Shown: one piece after another, positions 49,231-59,650 of the stretch | How the letters are laid out: each line of letters begins with the position of its first letter | Numbering within the stretch: position 1 is the first letter of the stretch | NCBI GenBank assembly: GCA_051294905.1 | Contig: CM119373.1 | Location: 25,730,001-25,794,000, forward strand | Length of the DNA: 64,000 nucleotides | Source of the DNA: Botryllus schlosseri | Taxonomy: Eukaryota | Direction: 5' to 3' | The notes under the pieces: model-generated | Told to the model about the DNA's origin: nothing | The model's input: the letters and a program-made list of their open reading frames with translations, nothing else | Database searches by the model: none | Program-made: the position numbers and the translations under genes

Positions 49231-51700
49231 GCAAATTTACGTGTCCAAGAGCACATCCCTTTCATAATGTGTCCATAGTTTTCACTTGATCTATAGTAGG
49301 TATTGATGTGTTGATCATAATTATTCGCGAATGGTTATATCATTTTTGTCTCACGGACATAAAGTTGCAGTTTGATCTACTGATCGTATATACTAGGTAA
49401 AATGTATTGTCCGCTTAGAATTCAAGTTCGCAGCATTGAATTGGAACTTGTCGGTGCTACGCAGTCTTCGAGGCCAGCAGCATGTTATGAACCAAGCCAA
49501 TTGCCAACATAAGCTTTACATCTGGAGAGAACTGCTTCGAGCGAATCCACAAATATTCGAGGGTAAAGGATCGAATGAATTATTATTGAGGTCGGAATCT
49601 ACGCTTATTATAATCAGGAGCAGCCGAATCCATTTATTGAAGCATTTATATATACTGGAGGTTAATTTAAACAATAAGGGTATTCAGAATGGTAATTTAG
49701 ACAGGAATGCAAAACTAGAATATGTATATTCAGATACTTCTAATGTGTTGGGCGATAATAGCTAAACTATTTTCGTTTCATATTATGTCCGTTATGCTTG
49801 TTCTGTGCAGCAATGAGACATTGACACGAAGTCAAATCAACAATACTCTATTTTGTGTAGGCTCTATTCGAACTGCCTCAATTTTCTACATTGGGACGTC
49901 TTGTATATAGCCAAGCAAGGTATAGCCAACATGTATTATATTTTACTCTAAGGTGTACTGATCAAATCTCATTGACTTATACGGCACTAGTATAGTGTAG
50001 GGTGTGTATTAACTGAACGGACTGCAGTTGAGCTACAGGCTACCAATGGCTGCTGTGTATCGGGTATACGATAGTGTGACATTGCGTACTTGACTCCTGC
50101 GAACCTTGTTGAACTGGTTCGTTATTTAGTTAAAGCGTTCAGATAAAAAAAATTGATGGATTTTTTTCGACGAAATATGTGGTGAGCCAGGATATCATAG
50201 TCAAGTTTACGAGAAAAGCCGCAGTGTAAGACAAAATATCCTGTTGTTCATTTCAAGAATTCATTTCGTGGTACTACATCGGATAAGATAAGAGATGACT
50301 GCACCGATTCTTTTTTCTATTGTATACTTCTTTTTAGCTAAAGTAGACAACTTCGTAATGTGTTAATTTTGGCAGGATAATGCCAATTAACACACAATAA
50401 CTCTTATATACTAACGTACCAACCGAAGTATATGCTCGTATTACATGTAGCAAATATTCTGTGCCTTGCGCGTGCGGGCGAGTGGTGTGTATTTGAACCG
50501 TTTGAATTGAAATGAAGTCTTCCTTGTCTTTTATACATGTTATCAACAGAACGAGTGTGATATCAAATCTGTCTGTACCAATTCGACATCAAAGGAAAAA
50601 TTACCTTTTGACCTAACCACGACGCCTTAAACTTCTGAATAGTGTGCTATGTTTCTTCCCAGCATGTGATCGATTCGAGCAACGTCACATATCACAATTT
50701 CGAGGTACGAAAAACGAATGGGGTTGTACGATCCCCGATTTTTTGCTTTGATAATATACATGGGCAAATAGTTATGGAATGCTCTGTTGACATACAATAA
50801 AAGAACACACACGGTAATATAATCATTCCCGCTATAAAACGTGGACGCATTGAATCGTCGTATTTGGCGCCTTGCGGTCCCGCCATTTTGTATTTTACTA
50901 TGGTTCACCGCTTCGAGTGTAGTGAATGCTACGGTGTTGTCAATATATTTCAAATGAACTTTCTGACTATTTCCGTTGATGTTTCGTGCCTAGAATGTGT
51001 ATTACGCACATTGGGCTACTGAGTAGCGGTATATTAAATTTCACATATACCCGTTTTGAACACAGCAAACACTCTCTGGCTCTGGTTATGCTACTCGAAA
51101 TGTAATTTCCGAACCGGACATGTTAACTCTGCGCTTTCAACTTCCATACTAATATACGGATGGCATGTCCCTCGATTTCGTTGCGGCATACGTGCGTATT
51201 ATGTAGGTAATATTACTTCTTGCTGTTGAATGTCCTATTAAAATAACAAAGGCTGACGCAGGTAGCTTCTATCGAGCATAACTAGAACCGTCAGTTGTTC
51301 ATAGATCAATGTGTGAAATATTTTACCTTCCATCTGTGGAGCGAGTGGTTTGGGACTTGAAATGTAATGATAATTTTATGACTGAATTCAGTGGGATTTG
51401 AATTTGCAAATTTAGCAAAACCATAACAAGATCTTTCCGCGAAACTTCTAATATTTCCGAATTTCCCATGCGTGTTCTCCACGAGTCTTTGTCATTACGC
51501 ATACAAATCATGCTTTGGACGTGAATGCAAACGCGTTCACCTGTTAGATTTGGCTTTGTAGCTGAATCTCAAATCCAGAAGAGGCGTTAAATTTGTGCGT
51601 TTCCAGACCCGCTCACCAATGTCACTCATTGTCGTAGCAGTTGTATTTCCGCCCTAGGCACACTCCAGAATCTCTTTCAACGTCTGCAGATTATGTATAG

Positions 51701-53151
51701 CAGTGATTCCCAACCTTTTATCACCCACGTACCATTTCGAGGTGTTATGCAGTGCTCGCGTTCCACCGACAGTCACGAGCGCCGAAGGCAGTCATACACC
51801 ATTTATGACGTCATACGCACGTATTTGACCTATGCGAGGTGTATGAACAAATTCTATTAAACTAGGCACTATCAGTCAGGGCTGATGGGATGCATGGAAG
51901 TGTTTTTTCACCACCAGTATCAAGAAGAACAACACAATGGATTAACAACAAACAACAAAAGTCAATTTATTTAATGCGATGGCTGTTTTGTTTATTTTCT
52001 ACTAGCTCAGGGGCGGCCAACCTTTTCGACCAAAGGGCCACATGAGATTTGCGAACCATTGCGCGGGCCACTTGAATGATGATGACGTTTTTTAGCCACC
52101 CGATAGGAGTGAACCCGATTAGTTAATGATGAAAACCAGACTTATATTACTAAGCATCAAAATCGATAACAATTATGTCATGAAAAGTCAGTGTGCACAG
52201 TGCACCCATGAAGTAACCGCGCGAATCGCCAAAAATTTTTAAAGATAGTGAATTAGTTCGGCCAATACTAATGTCACTTGCATATATTGCGGGTCTCCTC
52301 TGTATACCACTGGGCTCAATTGGCAAACACAGGAATATTCGGGCGTATTAATAGCGACGATTTCGATGAACATGCGTCTATCAGTTTGCCAAAGTTTCAT
52401 GGCCGATCAACTTCATCTTCATCATCATCTCTTCGAGTGCAGACGCGAAGTCGGATGTTGGACGGCACGTTTTCTCATAATTGATATTGTCAATTAAGAT
52501 GATTGGGTATATTTTTATATTCAGAAAGGGCTACAAAAAACAAGAAATTGAGTGACAATAAATCGCGCGAAGTGCTAAGAAAAAGTTAAGCCAAATAAAT
52601 CTACAACGAAATATTATACTTCATGGTCGTATAGGGCGATCTTCGAAAAATGTTGCTGGCCCCTGGCTACGTTAATGCGTCAATGCGTATTTAAGTCATC
52701 AAGATCCCAAATTTCGGTGTCAGACTAATCAAGTTTTTGGTTGGTCTTGGAGGCTCACAGTAAATTGACTGAGTAATTTATTATTTGATATTATAACTAA
52801 TATCGAGAATCATCTCGCGGGCCAATCATAATCTTCTCGACGGCCACGGTTGGCCGCCCCTGCACTAGCAGGTCGATGCGTGGCATACGTTTGCTCACAG
52901 CGCATCGAAAGTCATGCATGGGCGCGACAAATCGGCTTCGTTTCTTCGACTTGATCGTCATTAGTAATGAAAATCCTCCTCCTGGGGAATAGCGTAAGAA
53001 TAAGAAGCTAGCGGCGAATACGAGGAGTCGATGCTACAAAAACTCATAATCAACCCCACCTGAACTAATAACTCCCTTCCGTCGTAAAAAAACAGAATCT
53101 ACTCGCGTACCACCTGGAAGACCTTCGCGTACCACAGGTTGGGAACCACTG
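51701..53151. mobile_element. hAT-type MITE containing a nested MITE
   Basis: TIRs cagtgattcccaacct and aggttgggaaccactg. Perfect TSD atgtatag. Subterminal cgcgtaccac repeats. Confidence 0.92.
52008..52862 (+). mobile_element. Nested hAT-type MITE (CAGGGGCGGCCAACC family)
   Basis: Perfect 15-bp TIR. TSD tactagct / cactagca (6/8). Colinear with 55224-55664. Confidence 0.9.
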
Positions 53152-53458
53152 ATGTATAGGCTCTCATGGTCCTCTTACAAAAAAGTCTAGTCTGGTCCCC
53201 AAAGTGACCGATATTGAAACAATTTATAATTTGATATATTACATAATGATGTATTTTGATATATGTTTTGAGAGACGGGGGCGAGAAATTGAAGGTCGAC
53301 TGAGACCATTAGGGGGGTGTTCATACCTCCATTCAATTTCAATTCGTTTCCTTGTCAAATTCATTTTGTAATGGGTGGATGGCTGCATGACTGAATTTAT
53401 CCCTGCCCCCGAAATGTCACTTTTAAGTTAACCATGAATTCTCTCAACTTTGTAGGAA

Positions 53459-53500
53459 TGCTTCCAAAAGAAGTGCTTCTAAAAGATGTGCTTCCAAAAA
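53459..53500. repeat. 15-bp tandem repeat, about 3 copies
   Basis: tgcttccaaaagaag / tgcttctaaaagatg / tgcttccaaaaa. Confidence 0.8.
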
Positions 53501-53967
53501 CTACTTTAAAATAGAAAATATTAGATGGGCGAAGATTAATATTTCTTCCCCGAAACTCTTGAAGTAGAAGTGGCATACAAACAAAAGTACTTGAGTAAGT
53601 GGAACAGGAATATGAAACCGATATACTTGAATGCTACGGAAACGTAGATATATACTTCGTTGCTGATGACTATAGGGCGATTTTTTGAACTAAAAAACGG
53701 AATATTTTGACATTTTTTTACCTTAAAAACTGAATTTTGACCTCGTGTATGTAAATTAGGTGTTTTCTCACCTAATGTCGAAATTATACTACTTATCTTC
53801 ATTTCTGGTTGGAACTGTCTGTCCTCACGGAGTAGTTTGGCCAGAAAAAAACTTTTTTGACCTGAAAACTGACAGATTTCCCCATGAAAAAACTTCATTT
53901 TATCGCAATCTTGACCTATGAAGAATCCAAGTAGTTACATCACACATTATGCTAGAAATAATTATTA

Positions 53968-54550
53968 TTATTTGTTGTAGTGGATCGAAAGAGACTTTCC
54001 TACATTCTCGGGTAGAAAGTGCCTGTCTTTACTAAGTAGCTTGCCAATCATGGAGAAAAAACGTTCAGCAGCAGCAGTTGCTGGCTGGCAACTCCGAAAT
54101 CGTGCATACACTGCTGGTGACACACATTGTTGCTTCATTCTGACAATGTTGTCTACATCACACTTTTTAATTACGCACTTCTTGATATAAGAACCGATGC
54201 CCATTGCCAAGAATGGAGAAAGAACATTCAGCAGCAGCAGCAGTTGTTGCCTGACAACACTGAAGTAATGCGTACACTGCTGGTGACACATCGTGTTGCT
54301 TCATTCTGACAATGCTCTCTACGTCACAATTTTTCTTCATGCCCTTCTTGATATAAGAACGAGGCAATGCCCCAGCAGTTTTGCTTCAGTCAGGATATTG
54401 CGGTACGTTGAGCATAACACCATGACAACCTATTTGTTTCATTTGACCGTTTATGATTCATAATGAGCAGACAATGGGCCGTCCACAATGGTAGGCATAT
54501 AAAGTAGGCAATAAGCTGACAAATGTCAGATTGTAAGTTCACCGACACTG
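53968..54550 (-). pseudogene. hAT transposase C-terminal dimerisation-domain remnant, partly duplicated in tandem, with one probable TIR
   Basis: Minus-strand translation ...SPAVYARFRSCQPATAAAERFFSMIGKLLSKDRHFLPENV fits the hATC PxTSxxxERxFS motif. A second copy reads ...SPAVYALLQCCQATTAAAAECSFSILG. TIR-like cagtgtcggtgaac on the minus strand starts at 54550. Confidence 0.75.
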
Positions 54551-54803
54551 CAAACATCTCCGATATAAATGAATTACAGGTTGCAAATATAGTTTGACTT
54601 GGGTCAATTTTGGCAAAATTTTGACTTATTTTGTCATGTCAAAATATCGCACTACTGTTGACCTTCAACTTTTATAGGTGCGATGAAGATATGCTGAGCT
54701 TGATAAGGATGCTATGAGCCAGATAGTCCGTGAAATGCTGGTGAGCCGTCCTATAAGTCGGCAGTAGAGTAATCATAATATGGAAATTAACCTGTTGCAA
54801 ACA

Positions 54804-55040
54804 AGGGCGTAGCCAGAAAAAATATTTGGGGGGAGCGAAAAATTCGATGAAGTAAATGACCCCCCCCCCTTAAAGATAAGGAAAAAATAGGTAAAATCGA
54901 TGGACTTGGGCGCTTATTGGATGATTAACACAACATCTGGGGCGGTCGTTATATATATTCCACTCACAGACGGATGTGATCAAATGATGATTGTGGAAAA
55001 CCAGGACGACAACACTTTCGCGCGAAGCGCGAAAATTTTT
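54804..55040 (+). mobile_element. Left end of a Harbinger/PIF-like MITE
   Basis: agggcgtagccag followed by G/C homopolymer runs and tcgcgcgaagcgcgaaaatttt at about 55019. A second left end caaggtcgtagccag lies at 55765. Confidence 0.5.
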
Positions 55041-55223
55041 CATGGTTAATGAATGAAATTGGTTCATTATATTGGTATTTGCATATTGCAAATACGTTTT
55101 CATTATCAGATTTACCGGCAGGGCTGATAGAAGTGGTGTCATCAAACATTCAGCGGGCAATTAATTATACATCTTGAGCAATATGTTCATACCACACGGC
55201 AAGACTATTTAGAGTTTCTAGAG

Positions 55224-55664
55224 CAGGGTGGCCAAAGGGCCACATGAGACTTACGAACCATTGCGTGGGCCACTTGAATGGTGATGAGCTTTTTTAGTCT
55301 TCCGATAGGAGCGTACCGGATAATAGGTAACGTTGAAAACAATACTTATATTATACGCATCAAAATCAATAACAATTATGACATGAAGACTTGGTGTCGA
55401 TCCCCAACCTAGCCGCGCGAAATATTGTACATTATATAGTCATATACCACGATCTGCGAAAATGTGGCTGGCCCCTGGCTACGCCAATGCGTCGGAGCTC
55501 GGAACTGATATTTTAGTCGGCAAAATCCCAAATTTCGCGGTCAGGCTAATCAAATTTTGGTTATTCGGTTTTGGTCATTTATTTGTTGATAATATTAGTA
55601 ATTTTGAGAATGAACCCGCGGGCCTCTCAAAACCTTCTCGCGGGCCATGGGTTGGCCGCCCCTG
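55224..55664 (+). mobile_element. Shorter copy of the CAGGGGCGGCCAACC MITE family
   Basis: Ends cagggtggccaa and ggttggccgcccctg. TSD ttctagag / ttctatag (7/8). Confidence 0.88.
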
Positions 55665-56699
55665 TTCTATAGAGGGTGGACGCCGGACGAGACAGTTGTC
55701 ATTTATTGCTGTTACTTGATGACTTGCGTAGAATGCTGTCACCACTCAAGAGATCGAGCACACGCAAGGTCGTAGCCAGAAAAACAATTTATTTGTATTT
55801 TGTTTAGGGGGGGTGTTATGACTTTAGGGGATATCTCCCGTGGGAACATCTCGCAGAACCGTACATCCTGCCGTAGGCAATTTCATCACTACCCTTTATA
55901 CATACGATTCTTAGACGCACACACACACATACTCTATGGAAGCTTCCAGTTGCCAACTATAGCTTGTATTAGGCGGTCGTTGCACGGACGAGCCCAAATC
56001 GCTGACATAAAGTGATGAACAATCAGTGTGAATTTCGGCCCTAGTCGCGCGGAGCATAAATGTTTTTTGAAAAAATGAAAGAATTTGATCAATAATATTG
56101 GTACGTCTATATGAGCAAGTGGTGTCCATTCTTATTACTCCGTTGAAGCACGATTTGGGCGTAACCTCTGGTAGAGATTGACGCTACTTTAAAGATTGAA
56201 ATCGCTGATACATACCAGACCAAATTAAAAAAACTCCTTTGATCAGACTCGTTCAATTTCAAATTAGCAATTTTTAACGGGAGGTGGTGATATTTTCCTG
56301 TGCCAGTTGCGTTTATGTTGGAGGGGTCTGATTGCAGGGACAGGATCATTAGGTGCCAGCCATTTAAGCACCCGAAAATCTATATCGAAGCCTTCGGAAT
56401 ACATGGGTCGGTTTTATGGTCGTCAATCATTTTGGGAGCGCACTTTGCGGAGTCGCATGTAGCCTATTTTTTATATCTTCGTGTGTCCCGGAACGGAAGT
56501 TGCCGGAGCTAACAGTCCCCAACCCCCATACTGAACTGACACTCCTACAGATTCAATCAACCCAACGACCTCAGGCTACTCTAGTGCATCTACTGGTACG
56601 GTTGTATTCTCATAATTGAGAATGCAGCTAAATTCAATAATGAGTATTTGCGGAATAATTTTTTTTCGTGATACCGATAATAAAATTAAGACATGAACG

Positions 56700-56845
56700 G
56701 ACACTAAATCGCGCGAAGCGCGAAGAAAAATTTTAGGTTGCATACATTTGCCCCAAAATAGTCTAATATCTATTGATTTCACGAAAATTTTCAAAAAATT
56801 TTTGGGGGGGCGACCGCCCCTTTCGCCCCCCCTGGCTACGCCAGT
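56700..56845 (+). mobile_element. Right end of a Harbinger/PIF-like MITE
   Basis: tcgcgcgaagcgcgaag...ggggggg...ccccccctggctacgccagt. The last 11 informative bases are complementary to ggcgtagccag at 54806. Confidence 0.55.
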
Positions 56846-57632
56846 GGTTGCAAAATGACCACGAATTTCGAAATACCACGAATATAAAGCAACTACGCCC
56901 TCCCGTGCCATCTATAAAAGCGATTCTGATGGGTTTTGTCGTCTTCCGCATGGTTGTAGTTGATTAAAATGATTTGTGTTGATTGAATCATGTTGACCAT
57001 ATTACATTTTTACTGACTATACTTCAGTCTCATTCGTTAAAGTGAGCTTCCATGGCGCCCTTCTTCGGCTATATAATCAATCTATAGCCGTACAGTGAAG
57101 ACTGTACAGAATATATAATGGCTAAGGAAATACTTTGCATTGTGATGTAACTGAGGATCTGTTTCATCGCCGAAAACTATCGCTACTGTCGTCAGTCGCC
57201 CCATGTGGCCAGACTGATCATAGGCGGCGTTTTGATTTTGTTTATATCACTGCCTTCATGATGAAAACAATACGTCGTCACTATATACCAGCGCGGGTAA
57301 TGCGAGAAGGCTCTTCTTGCTCGAGGCGACGCAACATTAATAAATATTTAGGGAGAAATTTCAATGCAGCAAGCATAGAACATTCGCAGTGAACTTATGT
57401 TGACTGCTGACACTTCAACTTTGAGCTTTGCACTCAAACTATGAAAAGGTAATGGCAATTGTCGCAAATTCGAAATGGTGTCGCTTTCGTGAACTTAGAT
57501 CACACCTTTATGCGTTAATTCGATAATATTTATAATATATATCTTATGCTGATTCAAAATATATTAGCAAGTTATGTCTAACCGAATCGATAATCCAAGC
57601 GTAAAGATATTTTATTTTTTAGTCTAGTGGTA

Positions 57633-58060
57633 CAGCCGCGGAGTTTGGTAATAACGAAGTACTTATACATTTTGAACGCCCTTACATAGATTTTGCCTAC
57701 CTGGAAAACTTCCAATTGTTTTAGACTACTTCCGCTCTTGCTTAACAGTTTTTAGGCAAAACTGCCTACTTCGTAAGGTTTGGGTTTTCAAAAGTAAAAA
57801 GTAGTTTTGTGATGACCTAAGTTTCCATCACTTTAATTGGAAGTAGCCAGCATCATTTACCTGCTGGAAGTATGCCACACGTCGACCAAATCTAATTTAT
57901 TTTTTAGACTACTTACTTGTGTTTGAGTTTTTCAACACCTCCGCTTGTGCACTTCTTCTTGAAATAGTTTGAGGTGGCTTAGAAATTGTTAATTGTGCTT
58001 ATGATCTAGTCTAAATTCACGGCGTTACTGCTACTTGTAATTGACTGACAACGCTGACTA
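57633..58060 (+). mobile_element. agta-family MITE
   Basis: aataacgaagtact, acagtttttaggcaaaact, gtcgacca and the end caacgctgacta are colinear with 31498-31994. Confidence 0.65.
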
Positions 58061-58836
58061 CAGCTTTGCAGTCAGTGCAAGGAAATATTATTCAAAGTCA
58101 GCTTACAGTAAGAGAATATTCTAGCAACTATGGTGATTACGTACCAATCAGTTCGCACCCGTATAGAATGGTCTCGTTTCTGATTTCTAACGTATCTGGT
58201 CCGGTGTTTTCACTCGGTTTATCGCTATGATGTACTCTTCCGCAGTTTTGGAGTGATGATATTCACGTGCGCGCGCGATATCAAAACGCCTATGTTTCGT
58301 GAACTTTTATCGTTACGGATAGCAATGCGATAAGACGGAATTACCCGTAAAAGCGACGGCTTACAATTTCATGCGATTTATGATGATTCGCAATCGTACA
58401 GTGGGGAATATATTTGAAAATTCGTAAAAGCACAAGTTTAGCTCATTGACTCATTGGTGTGATTGGTGTGACTTTCGTTGTATCTCATCGGTTATCTGCT
58501 GGTGAAATGCGGGATTAAAAGGCTTAAATCCTTAGTCGGCAGACATCAAAGCCGCTCCGTCGGCGGGCCTGTGGTATGTCATATTTTCCCACAAATTGAA
58601 ACATTTTAGATGCTGACGCGCGACAAGCGATAACGGCGGAATTTCGGGGTGAATTTCGGAGATTCTACAAAATTCAAACTGATTTTTGAACGCCGTCGTA
58701 AATTCTACGGCCATGGGATGCTAATTGAGTCCGGTAATGGAAATCGATTTTTGCTGTCTATGAAGTGGCCCGTTGAATCAATAAATTCACGAGAATGACC
58801 CAATTGATAAATCGAACAGTCATGAACAGGCTAAAC

Positions 58837-59346
58837 AAGGGGCGGGCAACTTCTCCGGTCGGCGGACCTGATGAAGGAAGTGAAATTCTTGACGGGCCAA
58901 ATTACAGAATCGATACAATAATCGCATATTTATTTACCCATACAAGGAATAAACCGTAATTAATGTAAACTTCAAGTTAAAAGCATAGAGATCAAAAACA
59001 GTATTTATTGAATTTACTACCCTAATGTACTTCAATAGCTGTTGAAGTCAATCAGCGATCAAAGTTGTCATCAAGTTCTGCATAGTGCAGTAGAAACCCT
59101 TATTAACGACTACCCGTGAACATCATGCAGTTACATTGGAATGCAGCCTTGTTTTTGTTAATCTCAATGATCGAAAATGTTTGCTAGGTAATGCATGCAC
59201 ACCAGAACAAAACATGTCGTTTCATGGTCATCTTTCTTAGGTTGGCAAATTTCGATTCATTCTGTCACCCATAAAATTTGTCAATACTTTCCGATTACAA
59301 TTTCACTGTCACGGTAGAAATCCTTTGCGTATGTTGCCCGCCCCTG
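58837..59346. mobile_element. hAT-type MITE (CAGGGGCGGGCAAC ends)
   Basis: 14-bp TIR with 1 mismatch. TSD ggctaaac / ggccaaac (7/8). Confidence 0.85.
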
Positions 59347-59479
59347 GGCCAAACCATAGTAGGCCCTGACTCTTTATAAATAAGCATTGGTATAAGTATA
59401 AAATCTCAGGCTGCACGTAAATTCGTACCTTCATGAACGACAGCTGACATCCCGGTTTGGACACACTCGGTGATCGAAG

Positions 59480-59650
59480 TAGTCAGCGTTGTAGAGGTAG
59501 AAGTAACGTAAATATTTTTCTAATACAAGTAGCAATAGCGATCTCCTAGACATGTCTAAACTACTTTAAGTGAAAGTTAACTATAGCGACCTGTGAGTAG
59601 TCGAATATAAGCAGTTTTGTTGAGACAGCACATACTTTTAGTACTCAGTT
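59480..59650 (-). mobile_element. Truncated agta-family MITE end
   Basis: tagtcagcgttg is the reverse complement of the family end caacgctgacta, followed by gtagaagta motifs. Confidence 0.5.
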
